This document shows positions 45,501-64,000 of a DNA stretch of 64,000 nt, one piece after another. Both the position numbers and the translations under genes were made by a program. The notes beneath the pieces were generated by a model. It saw nothing but the letters and a program-made list of their open reading frames with translations, had not been told where the DNA came from and did no database searches. The stretch's first letter is position 1. Every line of letters begins with the position of its first letter. This DNA is from Macrostomum lignano (Eukaryota): NCBI GenBank assembly GCA_002269645.1, contig NIVC01000033.1:423335-487334 (forward strand), in the 5' to 3' direction.

Positions 45501-47395
45501 TGAAGGCAGCCAGGAAGGGATTGGGCGAGCCGGAGTCTGTGGACCAGTTAGCCACGATGCAGTGGAAGATCTTCACGGTCAGGTTGGGCACAAAGTACAG
45601 CGGGGAGTCCCAGAAGCCCAGCAGGCGGCGCAGGATCGACTGCAGCACGGCCGGGGCGGTGAAGAAGTTGCGCTGCTGCTGCGAGCCGCCCGCTGCCTCC
45701 GCTGGAGCCGGCGGAGTGGCGGCGGACTCGCCAAGGCTGAGCAGACTCAGCAGGCAGGTGAGGCAGTGGAACACCAGGTCCTGTTGCTTCAGCCCGGAGT
45801 ACAGTGTCTCCAGCAAGATGTCGGCGCTCTCCTCCGTGAGGCTGGGCTCGTGCGCGGTGACCAAGCCCTGGATGAGGCAGATCTGCACCGGCAGCGCGGA
45901 GCCTGGGATGGGACGGGGGTGAAGATTCCACTGACTGACTGACTGAGTGACTGACTGACTGACTGACTGACTGACTGACTGACTGACTGACTGACTGACT
46001 GGCTGACTGACTGACTGACTGACTGACTGACTGACTGACTGACTGACTGACTGACTGACTGACTGACTAGCTAACTCACTAATAAAAATTGCATGAGGGC
46101 TGCAGACACCATGGTGCCCACAATTAGCGCCGAGGCTATTTCTGCTCATTCCGCTGACTCCTGAGCAAAAACAAGGGCGCCAATACTGTACTCAGGCGCG
46201 CACTCACACTCGCTCACACAGGGTGTACAGTGGCCCTGAATTGTTCGGCTTAGCTTAACAAATTAAACAGGTGTCTTACAGGCAAAGTACTCCAAAGCTT
46301 TGGACAGATCGCATCCCAGATAGTGCTTTTTCAAAGCGATGAACGCGGAGCCGGCCTTGCAACGATTGGACAAACTGTTGGTCTGCAATGTCAATGGCGT
46401 AGGAATTGCACATGCTGGGGAATTTGACTTATTCGGGGAAGACTTTTAGAGGCTAAGGCTACATATTTTATGTACAAAACAAAACTTACATCGCTATTCA
46501 AGTAGCACTCAAGGAACTGCAGTTTCTCCTGCACAGCTGCAGAGTCCATGCCAACAGGGCTGTTGTCAGCGCTGGCGTCAGCAGCCTGCTGCTCCTTCTG
46601 CTTGCAGGCGGTGTACACATCCTGCAGTTAAAGAATGGTATTTGGCAGTGTTGTTTTTTTAAATGCCAGCGTCTCCGGTGCTTGATCGGATTAGTCTATG
46701 GGTCAAACTACCAGGGACTCTCGCTATCTTGACTTGACTTAACTGCAGGGCTGTCCCGGAGGGGACACAGCGGGAAGGCGCGGGCGCCCATTCCGCTAGT
46801 CCCTGAACGGCCGACGCTCGCTATCAGTTGGGTAGTCTATGGCTTAAAAGGAACTCTTGCTTTCAGTTGGGTAGTCTATGGCTTAAACTACCAGTTTAAA
46901 TCTTGCTATCAGTTGGTTAGTTTATGGCTTAAAATACCAGGGACTCTGGCTATCAGTTGGTTAGTCTATGGCTTAAAATACCAGGGACTCTGGCTATCAG
47001 TTGGTTAGTCTATGGCTTAAACTACAGGGACTCTGGCTATCAGTTGGTTAGTCTATGGCTTAAACTACAGGGACTCTGGCTATCAGTTGGTTAGTCTATG
47101 GCTTAAAATACCAGTGACTGTGGCTATCAGTTGGTTAGTCTATGGCTTAAAATACCAGTGACTGTGGCTATCAGTTGGTTAGTCTATGGCTTTAACTGCC
47201 ATGAACTCAAGCCATAATTTTGTTAGTCTATGGCTGCTGTAAGCATCGCAGACCCTCAATAAATAGTCTATGGTTCAAGCTGCCAATGACTCAGGCCAAT
47301 AATTACACAAGCAGTTATAAAGCCTACATAAAAAGCAGTCAGCGCAAACTCACATTAATGACCTGTCGAAGCGCCTTATCAATACCCGATGACAT
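33512..47395 (-). CDS. THADA: THADA / Trm732 homolog (armadillo-type partner of the FTSJ1/Trm7 tRNA 2'-O-methyltransferase), about 1639 aa
   Basis: Exons 47395-47354, 46621-46490, 45930-44974, 44885-44277, 43771-43118, 42881-42351, 40400-39888, 39231-38590, 37096-36467 and 33721-33512, all phase 0. Motifs LNMNSDQPPFRQ, WRN, RHRG, TRRSAGLP, VHALNLLR, WAVRNA and NSLHG match the DUF2428 region and flanks. Exons 1-2 are less certain. Confidence 0.88.
33930..34076 (-). mobile_element. tRNA-derived SINE head with CORE-like domain
   Basis: Reverse strand reads GCCCTAGTGG (A-box), GGTTCGATTCT (B-box), then TGTGTCCTTGAGCAA...TCCACCCAGCTGTAGAATGG. The body may extend to about 33790. Confidence 0.75.
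34413..36340. repeat. Three tandem composite cassettes of about 655 bp (about 255-bp unique block plus 20-bp minisatellite)
   Basis: GGACACAGGGGCGGAG starts at 34413, 35070 and 35725. Each block is followed by (GGTGTGATCTGTGCCAGCTG)n. Confidence 0.95.
37200..37680. repeat. 20-bp minisatellite, THADA intron 8
   Basis: Unit AAGAATCTCATCTCAGAGTC. Confidence 0.95.
37866..38390. repeat. Fourth, truncated copy of the composite cassette, in THADA intron 8
   Basis: Begins at AATGTACAAAGCAACACCAGG and matches the blocks at 34413-36340, followed by the same 20-bp array. Confidence 0.93.
39305..39730. repeat. About 20-bp minisatellite with a 61-bp higher-order unit, THADA intron 7
   Basis: TCTCAGCCAAGTATCTCC variants; the 61-bp unit is repeated about 3 times. 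Confidence 0.85.
40490..42275. repeat. 22-bp minisatellite, THADA intron 6
   Basis: Unit GGCGATTCTCTGATGGATTGGG, about 80 copies. Confidence 0.95.
42965..43082. repeat. About 31-bp repeat, THADA intron 5
   Basis: AGAATCGAGGATTATGGGTTATTGGGATTTC variants, 3-4 copies. Confidence 0.8.
43820..44230. repeat. 41-bp minisatellite, THADA intron 4
   Basis: CCAGAGTGGGATTATTGAGAATATACGGGATCTTGAGATTT variants, about 9 copies. Confidence 0.88.
45931..46068. repeat. (GACT)n microsatellite abutting a THADA splice acceptor
   Basis: About 34 units; on the - strand the last CAG of (CAGT)n is the inferred acceptor. Confidence 0.95.
46820..47190. repeat. About 44-bp minisatellite, THADA intron 1
   Basis: CTATCAGTTGGTTAGTCTATGGCTTAAAATACCAGGGACTCTGG, about 8 copies. 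Confidence 0.9.
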
Positions 47396-48049
47396 TTTCA
47401 GTTTAAATTAACAGTTCCAAAGGCGCGGGCGCGTCCGTATCGGAGATCGCAGGAGAGTCAGTGAGCCGATAAGCGTGAAATTAATTTACAACGCTTGCTC
47501 TGGAAAAATGTTTAAAAGTTTATTAGACGACATGCTATAATATTTTTATCACACAACGTATAATTGACTGCAATAAAAAACCAATGAGATAAGAATCATC
47601 ATTTAATTAGTGATAAAGATATTAGTTCACGATATACTTTTTATAAAAAAATGGACCACATTAACGCAATAGCAGCCAAGAAAACTTAACAAGGTACAAA
47701 AATTACAAATACACGAATATGGGCGTACGGCTTTGTTTTGCAAAGTAAAAACTCAAACCTTCTCTAGGAAACTAAGTGACCCGTTTTACTCTGAAATCGT
47801 AATAATTGTATAACTGTCATTGATTCTTAAATCCGTGGGGAATAAACGTGACTAGAAAAACACAGCATGCAGAGTCAGGACGGAATCAGTGCATCAAGCA
47901 GCTCAAACTCAGAAAGCAGTAATTTTCAAGCAGTCTGTTGGAACAGAATTTGGCGATATGTATAGAAATATAGGCACGGAAATTAGTTTATAAGTAAACA
48001 AATAGCTCTTGGAATTTTGTTATTGGGAAGGGAAACAGGACTGGAAAAG

Positions 48050-48625
48050 TGGGGATGAAAGATGGAGACGACAGAGAGAATAGAAGGAAGAAAGGAAGAC
48101 AGAATAGATAGGAGTTACGGAGAAAGGAATAGATAAATAGGTAAGAAGAAGAATAGATAGGAGATGGAGAGGGAGAATAGATGGGAGATGGGGAGAATAG
48201 ATGGGAGATGCAGAGGAAGAATAGATAGGAGATGGGGTGGGAAAATAGATGGGAGATGTGGAGAGAGAATAGATGGGGGTGGAGAGGGAGAATAGATGGG
48301 AGATGGGGAGGGAGAATAGATGGAAGATAGGGAGAGAGAGAATAGATGGGAGATGGGGAGGGAGAATAGATGGAAGATGGGGAGAGAGAGAATAGATGGG
48401 AGATGGGGAGGGAGAATAGATGGGAAATGGGGAGAATAGATGGGAGATGGGGAGGGAAAATAGATGGGGGATGCGGAGAGAGAATAGATGGGGGTGGAGA
48501 GGGAGAATAGATGGGAGATGGGGAGGGAGAATAGATGGGAGATGGGGAGAGAGAGAATGGATGGGAGATGGGGAGGGAGAATAGATGGGAGATGGGGGAG
48601 GGAGAATAGATGGGAGATGGGGGAG
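48050..48625. repeat. Purine-rich minisatellite of about 25 bp, 3' of the TTLL1 stop
   Basis: GGGAGAATAGATGGGAGATGGGGAG variants. Confidence 0.9.
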
Positions 48626-48696
48626 GGAGAAGAGCTACTGTAAGGGGATAAGAGAAGTGAGACATTACAGTAGTTTGAGTATCACAGTTTGCATTT

Positions 48697-55630
<6,934 letters not shown>

Positions 55631-56128
55631 CTACTTTTAGTAGCGAATGTAAATGATTGGATTGTTAACTCGTCTTATGGAATGTGCGATGCACGCTATT
55701 CATGAAAGCCAAGCAATGGTCACTTTGACCTAAAGCAAAGCTGGTGTGTCACTGACACACGCTGTGACCCTAAAGACAGTGCAGCAACTGTTTTGATAAC
55801 TCACAAGAGACAGACATGCGAGCACGATATCAGTGTACATGAGCCAGAATCGACAAATCTCAAAAAACTACCGGCTCATTCCATATAAGCATGGTCGTAA
55901 CATGACAGGTTATTTTTACTTATAAAATGAAATCTAATAATAGAATATACTAAACCAATATTTTAAATGAAAGATTATTTTGTCTAGAATATATTTATAG
56001 AGTTTATAAGAGTACCTGTTTATAAATAACACAAGACACTTGAATAGAGATAAAACACAAAAACTAAGTAGTATATTTCGATCATATCAAAGCCAAGGCT
56101 AAGTCCAAGTAAGCATTTTCGAACAGTC

Positions 56129-56479
56129 TTAAGCCGGCTCCTTCGTGGAGCTGTCAACCCAGTTCAGATAGGCTGGCAGGCCATCCTGAATAGGCAGAGA
56201 AATCACCTCCGGTACATCGTAGCCGTGATTGGCTTTCACATAGTCAGTGAGGCTGGAGAGCAGGCCAGTGCGAGTCTTGATGATGAGCAGCAGTTCGCTG
56301 TCCTGCTCAACCTTGCCCTCCCAGGCGTAGACTGAGGTGACCCCGGGCACAATGTTCACGCAGGCTGCCAGCCGCTCCCCAACCAAACCGTGGGCCAATT
56401 TTTCACCAACCTGCTGATTTGGCACAGTCACATATACTACTGAGTGGCTGTTAGTAGTAGTTGCACTACTAACGGACAT
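56129..56479 (-). CDS. CUTA: CutA divalent cation tolerance protein homolog, 116 aa from the likely ATG
   Basis: YVTVP...LAACVNIVPGVTSVYAWEG...ELLLIIKT...HGYDVPEVI...YLNWV. An AG acceptor 10 nt upstream of ATG 56479 makes the longer ORF start at 56644 doubtful. Confidence 0.95.
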   Translation of the reverse strand: MSVSSATTTNSHSVVYVTVPNQQVGEKLAHGLVGERLAACVNIVPGVTSVYAWEGKVEQDSELLLIIKTRTGLLSSLTDYVKANHGYDVPEVISLPIQDGLPAYLNWVDSSTKEPA

Positions 56480-58257
56480 GCTTGCAATTCTGAATAACTG
56501 ATACCGGTTCCAAATGCACTTATTGTGCAGCTGCTGCGGCTTTACTCTCAGCAGTTGATTAATGACTGTTTGCAGGAGCATAAGGAGAAGCAAGTTGACG
56601 ATTTCCACATAAGCTTCATTTCCAAGTGCTAAACAATAGTCCATGTAAGTTTAGGAATGACTCAAAATAATTGTATCTTGTCCAATTATAAAAATTCAAC
56701 ATAAATGTAGCAATAAATTTCTATTAGAAGCAATTTCAAATAAAAATTTAATGAGCTCTTTCAAGATAAATTGCCTGTTTTGTCACTTTTATTCTTACAA
56801 ATATGCAAAATTAAGGAAGTTCAATTTGATTTTTATAATTTATTAACCTTAATTTAGCTAGGCAGGCAGGTGTTATTCTGGTAGCTACTGATTTTGGCAT
56901 TCAAGGCCTTCAATCAAAATCTTTACTAGACAATATAAATTGCAAAGTATTACAATTATTGTAATTTTTCTTACCAGAAATTGCTGACATTATAGAAATT
57001 AAAACAATTCATTGACCCACTTATTCATTAAGTACACAAATTATTTTTGTAGTATTCTCATTAGGCATCTATGTGGCAAAACAATTCAAGTATGCATTTT
57101 GAACATGCTAAACAAACTGCTAGATAACAAGTTAGCCTCTGAATAAGCCTACACAGGGCCACAAGATAGGAGTAAACAAAAATTTCTTATGCAAAGCTAA
57201 AAAACTTGATGCTTCTATTTAATAGCCCATTTATTGTTGTCTTTTATACAAGCAATATTTTTGTGTTTTAGCTTATGTTTTATGCAGGCTTGTATATTAC
57301 TATCAATCATTTCAACCATGATCTAGAACATTATATGTCATGCAATATGCATGTGCAACCCCCTGATTTACACTGGCCATGGGACTTATTTTTTCTCCAA
57401 AAACATGACCCATAGTTTGGAACATGCATTAGTATACACCATATCCAATGGGAGAAAAATTATAGGGACCACATTTATACACCAGGACTAAAAATGTTTT
57501 CAATTTTACACACCAAAGTTTTATGCTTTTTCATTATTGAATTCATTATTTATGTAGAGCAACAAACTTACAACAAATTATGCACTTTTGCTTTAGCTAT
57601 GTGCACTAAGAAAAGACAATTATGATATAAGCTGAAAATTTTCCACTGTCATATATGCTGGGATATATGTTGATGCAGGCTAAATAATTGCAAGTACCTT
57701 TGTTGTATATGTGATCATGAATTATTGTAAATTGAAGCCTTAGGGGGTTTTACTCTTATCATTTCATTTTCTAGAAATTTTTGTTAAAGAAGATCTTATA
57801 TATCTATTTCATTTATAATCATTTAAATGGGATAAATATATGGCCTATAAATGATTGTGAACCAAAGCTAAGGGGGTTTGATATAAGCAGTAGCGTACCT
57901 AAGGGGGTATGGGGATATATCACCCCCATTTTGCTGAGTAATAAGAATAGATAAAATTCTTGAGAATAAGAATTAAAAAAGTTTCTTCTGCTTTACCAAA
58001 ATCAATAAAAATGATACCATAAAATGTAATAAATTATAATTGAAATGTTTTAATCAATATTTCTGCAAATCCAGATGTAGACCCAGACAACCACTTGAAC
58101 CACCTGCTTGCCACCATCACCGCTACGCACAAGTAATGAAAGTTTGAGTTAAAATACAGCATATCATGCAGTTGGATTGTTGGAAATAGAATAGCCAGAA
58201 GAAAAAATCATCAATTTTTCCAAATTAGTTTTTCTTCATTTATAAAGATATAGCTAT

Positions 58258-58657
58258 TAGAGGTCGGACGGGATTGAAATCTTCGGGTGGGATCGGGATC
58301 GGGAATAATTTTTTTCTTGGGATCGGGATCGGGATCGGGATTTTGGGAATCGGGATCAGGTCTTTTAGTGTATTGTCCATGTAAAGTTAAACAAAATTGA
58401 GAAAAGATTGTCAAGATCAAGAAGTAAAACACAACGAAATTGATATGAAGTTTTGTAACCAACAAAGTAAATAATGTAACGAGTACAAGTTAAAGCAAAA
58501 TACCTTCAAGTAATCACTAATTCTATAAATTATTAATCGAAAGACCTGTTCCCGAATCTCAAGTTTTTTAGGGTCAGGATTCTGGTCCTGCGGGAATTCA
58601 ATTTTCCTCGGGATCCCGAGATTTCGGGATCGGGATCGGGATCCCATCTGACCTCTA
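58258..58657. mobile_element. hAT-type MITE with GGGATC subterminal repeats
   Basis: TIRs TAGAGGTCGGACGGGA and TCCCATCTGACCTCTA; 8-bp TSD ATAGCTAT (58250-58257 and 58658-58665). Confidence 0.88.
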
Positions 58658-58863
58658 ATAGCTATGTCACAGACATAAAAGCACAAGAAAAATGGTTAAA
58701 TTTGTTTAGTTTACACTACAGATTTGTGCTCAAAAAACTTATGCACTATGTACTAATATCAATAATTGGGTATCTTAAAAAACAAATCAGTTTGCAATGG
58801 TTTAAAGCTTAGTAATTACATTTTTGCTCACAATATGAATGCATTTTACAAATTTCAAATTTG

Positions 58864-60504
58864 CAGTGCTGGGCGTTAACTAGTTAATTGTTTAACTAGT
58901 TAATTAACTAGTTAAATTTTTTAAAAAATCGTTAAATTTTCGTTAAATTTTTTATGTATTAACTAGTTAACAAAAATCGTTAATTTTTTCCTGTAAGTTA
59001 AAGTTAAATGACAAAAGTTAATAATTCTGGGAAATGGAGTTCCCCGGGTTCAAAATCCGCGGGTTTCAACAGCTTGCATGCCATTAAAAAGTAAAATTAA
59101 TACATACATAAAATAACTTCGCCTTTCTAAGCATTATTTAATGCGTCACAAACTATTACATGTATATATTTCAGTTACAAGTTATAATGTATAGAATATT
59201 CGGAAGATTCTGGAATCTTCAACTATTATCTATTGATATTCTACCCAAGGACTACTAGAAGTTATCGTTGTACATAGGGATGTCGATTCCCCGGGGAATT
59301 TTCTTATTGGGGACCTGGGGAATTTACTGTCATTCCACGGGGATCCCGGGGAAAAAATAAGTAAAAAACGGCGGATAACTTAGATCTTTATAAGTCACTA
59401 AGTGGCATTTTTTAAACTTTGATTAAAGCTTTGGATGGACTACATATTCAAGGCGCAAGGGTAAAAACTTTAAGCAATGTTTGTTTAAAACTGTATTTGA
59501 CAACATGGCATCACCAAATCGTGTGCACACCTTTATCAGAAAGGGTCCAGACTCCGGAGGCGGAAAATGCATACTCAGCAGCTGCACTCGTGGGAGGATA
59601 ATTAATGAATGAGACTGTTTTTATAATCGGAATTTTAATTTCTTGCAGATACATGTAAATCACCATTTTGTCCTGTCTAATACGGAGTATTTTGTTATTG
59701 TATGACACCCCCCTATGCGTCAGTGACTGACACAGGATATGGCGCTGTGCCTGTGTCAAATCTGTCAAGCCGTCAACGTAGACCAACACAATAGTCAGTA
59801 AGGCTTCTTTTTCCTGACAGGTTTCTACGCTCGTACATTCAATTTGCTTGATTGAAAGACTCATAGTGAAAAAAAACATTCAAACGGGTTGCTAATTTCA
59901 TAAGACCGAAATTTCACAACGCCGAAAATTCTACATGCAATACAATCCTTATTGTAAAGTTTTCTACAATGTGAAATTTTGGTCTTATGAAGTTTCGGTC
60001 TTGTGAAGTATGGTGTTTCGGCGTTGTGAAATTTCAGTCTTCTGAACCCCCCCCCCATTCAAACGTGTGTTGTGTTTGAAATAATACATTGAAATAAGCA
60101 GTTTTGTGGTAAAAAAGCATAGACAGAGTTTCAATCAGCTTTCTGTGAATGATTTTCTTATTTAAATGGCAAAAATTTAGTTAAAAATGCTTTTTTTCTC
60201 CCCAGGGTCCCCGGTCTAATTCCCAGGGGAGTATTCCCTGACAAGCTCCCCAGGGCGCCGCGACCTGGCCACAGCCGCGCCGCGCCGACCTGAAATTTAA
60301 AAAACACGCCGAACACATGTCCAGGAAAATGTCACTTTTTCTGTTAGGGAATTATTAACTTTACTTTAACTTTTAACTTTTCAGAAGTTAAATTTTGGGC
60401 AAAAGTTAAATAATTAACTAGTTACAGTTAATTTTTTTGGAGCAATTAAATTAACTTTTTAACTTTTAACAAGTTAAAAAAATTTATTAACTTGCCCAGC
60501 ACTG
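58864..60504. mobile_element. Non-autonomous hAT-type element, 1641 bp
   Basis: 11-bp TIR CAGTGCTGGGC / GCCCAGCACTG, TTAAC-rich subterminal repeats at both ends, 8-bp TSD CAAATTTG (58856-58863 and 60505-60512). Confidence 0.88.
59886..60055. mobile_element. Nested Mutator-like MITE, 170 bp
   Basis: Inverted arms TTCATAAGACCGAAATTTCACAACGCCGAAA and TTTCGGCGTTGTGAAATTTCAGTCTTCTGAA; 9-bp direct repeat CATTCAAAC (59877-59885 and 60056-60064). Confidence 0.75.
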
Positions 60505-62614
60505 CAAATTTGTAACTAGGCCCTAATCATATTCATAGATTGAAACAGAAAAAATATTGCTCTCTTCATTTGTTTTATAAGATGCTTCGCGTCTCCAAAG
60601 AAGTTTTGAGTTACTACTGTATGATGACAATTTAATGAGTAAAAAGCAGGGTTTATGCGGTCCACGCCTATCAAAAAATTTTTTTTTAATTCAAAATTCT
60701 AAAATGACTGTCAAAATCAATAACAATATTAGATAGTAGATACCAATTAGGCTCAGTTACAGTTAGGACTATATATCGCTTAAATAAAAGAAATAAAATT
60801 TGCATCAGTAAATTGAAACCAAGAAATCAGATAAAGCACCAAGAGCTTAATTAAAATAAGCAAATAAAATAATTCGCTTTAAACTATCGATTGTTGAGAT
60901 CGGTGGCGAAAGTTTGCCTCCTTTAAATGGGTGCTAGAATTTCCAGGAAATCTAAGTCGATTCAAACAAAATGGGAGCAATGGGGAGCTACAGCTTATGA
61001 ATTCTTCAAGCTCAAGAGGAAGGTAGCTTTTGTTGTGGCTTAGTTATTCAAGTTGATTCCATTTTCCACCAGACTGCAAGGCAGGTTGTACACCAGAATA
61101 TGCGGAATTACATGATTTTGAAGATACTTTGTGTTTGTCGGCTTACTCGCTAATGGTTATAGTAGTAAATGGCTACCACCATGATAATTCACGGAGAAAA
61201 AATCCAAAGTGCCTGAGAGCCAGCTCGAACTAGGCCTAACCAACCGAGGACTCTTAATTTTTATGAGATCCTTTAGATCTGACGGTTCCCACTGGAGTCT
61301 GGCCAAGACTGGCAGCGCAGACTCAGACTCTCATGATCGAGCCACCGGGTGGGAATAGCCGGTATACTGGGGGAAAAAAGATCAGGGACCGCCAAGTGGA
61401 GAGGAAATGGAGTGGATGCAGCAAGTGGAAAACGCGGGAAGCGGGATCATGCACTACTGTAGAACAGATAAAAATGCATGGCAGCAGCGCAATAAACGAA
61501 AATTCGGCAGCCGGATACACACTGGCAGTAAAACAAAACCACCAGGGAGGGAACAAAAGAAAAAATGACGTACACGTAGTTTCATTCAGTGGGAAAAGTT
61601 TACCGGAAAACATTTTAGTGGAAGATTTTAGTGAAATCGATCGTTATACACATGTATGTATCTGCTTTACTCGTATGCTTTACACTGAAAATAAATCAAC
61701 TATGTTTTATGGTTATGTTGTTTTTATGTTGTATGCATGTTTCTCTTGATAAAAAAGGCTAAATTTCGTTAATTTTTTGTTTTCCGCATGTCATGTACGA
61801 TGCACATGCCTTTTACATGTACAACTGTACTAGCTACATGTAGTTGTGCATGTTAAGTACTAACTTGTACAGCTGTCTTGTAGGAAAAACACACTGCAGT
61901 GAATACGCAACAAGATAGTACGACCATAAATTTGGCACCAGACACAATCCAACACCTGGTCGTCACGACGTAACGACGTAGCTTTTATTAAAGTCAGTTT
62001 TTTGTGCAGGAAATGCACGAACAAATTAAAATGGTGGACTTCAAACACCCGAGAACTTGAATACCCCAGAAACTTTTTACTGTAGCCTTTGCATAACTCA
62101 GTCTGCCGACAGATTTCAGTCATTTATTTAAAAAGGTGCACTTAGCTCGTAACTTTTGTTTTAACTGTTTTAGGCTGTTATGTCGATGCCATAACAAATG
62201 GCTACAAACGAAAAAAACGGCCCATTACCCAGTTATCGATTTTAAAGTGTATGTACGGTTTGAATCTCTGAAATTAATAAAAGGCTCCAAAAACGGCATG
62301 CAGACAGAAAATTTTGTAACTGAACAAACAATTTTAAACACGGATACTAAACACTTTTATATAAAAACTTTGATTTCGCTTTCGTGAGTAAATTATTAGC
62401 ATCTATTAATGTGTGTTAACACTTGGCGTAGCTTGAAGCAACAGGCAAACGAATTTGCAAAAACTACTGCACTACCAAGTTTCAATGGGTGGAAAGAAAA
62501 CTACTGCGTATCAAATACGCGATTTTGAAAGCAATGAAATTTACAGACCTGTTCGTACCTGCGATCATCGCAACTGCTTTATAAAAGTCTTGGAATACTG
62601 TTGCATAAAAAACT

Positions 62615-64000
62615 TCAATCAATCTCGTCAATCTTGCATTTTTTGACAGATGCGGTCGACGTTCCGTCGCCATCGTCTGTCGTCGAGCGCTTGCCGCTAC
62701 TCAAGCTGGATTTCGGCAAGCAGCCCTGCTTCTCAAGATCTCGGATCGCATCGAGTTCGCGAAGCTTGGCAGCATGCTTCCTGCCCTGCATGTGATCCTT
62801 ATAGGGGCACGGGCCGGCGAATTTCAGGTCGCAAATCTCGCACCGCAGCTCTGCAGACTGCCGATCCTGTTCATCATTTTTCTGCTTCTCCAAGCCGGCA
62901 ACGGCGTTGCGATGCTTCTTACCCGCGTAATGCGCTTTGAGGTTCTCAGCTCCCGTCACGTCGATGTTGCACACGTCGCAGTGAAACGCACTCGGACCTG
63001 CTGACGTCGATGAGGTCGCGGCGGACAAGTCCGGCGGGGCTTTCTGCGGACAAAGGTTCGCGTTGAATACTTCAGCTCTGGCTAATAAGGGGGCAGTGCC
63101 CTCTACCACTTGCTAGAATCTTGATTCTGGCTGACAATTTTTAAAGTTCAACAAGGTACTCTTAATAATGTTGTAAATGCCCGAAAAGTTACTATTTCAA
63201 ACTGTCAGACTATGTAATAATTTACTAATAGCCAGATAAGCTATACAGAGAGTCCCATGTGGCAACCAGTTTCTGAGACTGTTCCGTGACATAATTTGGT
63301 GAAAGCTGCAACATGCAACAAACTACTAATTGAATCACCTACATGGACGTACAGGCATGACACCTGTAGCTAAACTTTTTTCTTATTGAAACTTCATATT
63401 AAAATTAATAATGACTTTCCCAGAAATAATAAGTACAGGTGGGGTAGCAACTACGTTCTTTCTTTGACTTAACTTATCTGCAAGGACCAAATTGAGGGGC
63501 CGTAGTCCAGTGGTCTAGCGCAGCGTTCTGATGTGCCAGAGGTTCGAATCCAAGTGCGGTCGCATTAACTTGGGGCTAAACTGGAAGCTCGGCTTGGCTC
63601 TGCTCGTGCAATTAACGCCCCTGAGGGCCAATCCCCAAGGCGCAGAGAAGTCTAAATGCCTAAAGATAAATAAAGTTAGGGCCGCTGTACACTCATGTGT
63701 GTGTGCCTGCTCAGGGGAGTCGGCGAAATGGGTAGCAATGCCTCTCGCCGGTTGTGTGACAATGTCGCTTCAAGTGCGCCAGGGTGCACACAGCCGCTGC
63801 CTCTGATATGAAAAGGACCAACATGCCAAGTAGCACCAATCCACACCGAAGCGCTCCCTTACCTTTGCCTTCGGTGCAGCCTCTCCAAATGAAACCAAAG
63901 CAGCAGAACGGGAATCCGACTCGGCAGTCAGCCTGACGTTCTCCCCGACAACAATGCCGGCAAACGCGGCGGCCTTCCGGTGCTGCCTGCCGTCCAGATG
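62615..64000 (-). CDS. Matrin/U1-type C2H2 zinc finger protein (ZNF385/ZMAT/JAZ-like), 3' part; begins beyond the window
   Basis: Exon from beyond 64000 to 63863 starts HLDGRQHRK (end of a finger) with donor AAG|gtaagg. Terminal exon 63043-62615 has CDVC...HYAGKKH and CEIC...HMQGRKH plus a bipartite-NLS-like tail. Confidence 0.88.
63494..63812 (+). mobile_element. tRNA-derived SINE, copy 2 (intronic, antisense to the zinc finger gene)
   Basis: A-box TAGTCCAGTGG, B-box GGTTCGAATCC, body collinear with 31928-32295. Confidence 0.85.

Noticed and set aside
45931-46149. MSRNSLG...SQSVSQSV as the THADA N-terminus
   Set aside because: It reads through a microsatellite. Upstream exons at 47395-47354 and 46621-46490 have good splice sites and matching phase.
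56480-56644. N-terminal extension of CutA in the ORF track
   Set aside because: AT-rich with no signal-peptide pattern, and an AG acceptor lies 10 nt before the downstream ATG.
61323-61749. 138-aa and 96-aa ORFs
   Set aside because: No recognisable domain or splice context; composition drifts into AT-rich non-coding sequence.
63494-63565. tRNA gene (also 31928-32000 and 34000-34076)
   Set aside because: A and B boxes are present but there is no proper anticodon arm or acceptor stem, and each head continues into a repeated SINE body.

Overview
Eukaryotic (invertebrate animal) genomic DNA with GC-rich exons and introns filled with minisatellites. That style suggests a Macrostomum-like flatworm, but this is inference only. 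The + strand carries the 3' half of a Cav2 (non-L-type) voltage-gated calcium channel alpha1 gene (196-16405). It has two apparently mutually exclusive exons for the domain IV S1-S2 loop plus S2, a possible 57-bp coding repeat exon, polyQ tracts and an atypical ...AYWC C-terminus. Six genes lie on the - strand: a matrin-type zinc finger gene (partial), CutA, TTLL1 (4 exons, 440 aa), THADA/Trm732 (10 exons, about 1639 aa), PRCC and a Megatrachea/Pickel-like claudin. Mobile elements: a complete Mag-like Ty3/gypsy element with identical LTRs, a full-length DD34D mariner, three hAT-type non-autonomous elements with 8-bp TSDs, a nested Mutator-like MITE, a probable solo LTR, a TTAA-flanked long-TIR element carrying a 150-bp internal satellite, and three tRNA-derived SINE copies. 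Exon models were built by eye from homology, GT/GC-AG sites and phase. The unconserved Cav2 C-terminal exons are the least certain. No CRISPR array, rRNA or intact tRNA was found.
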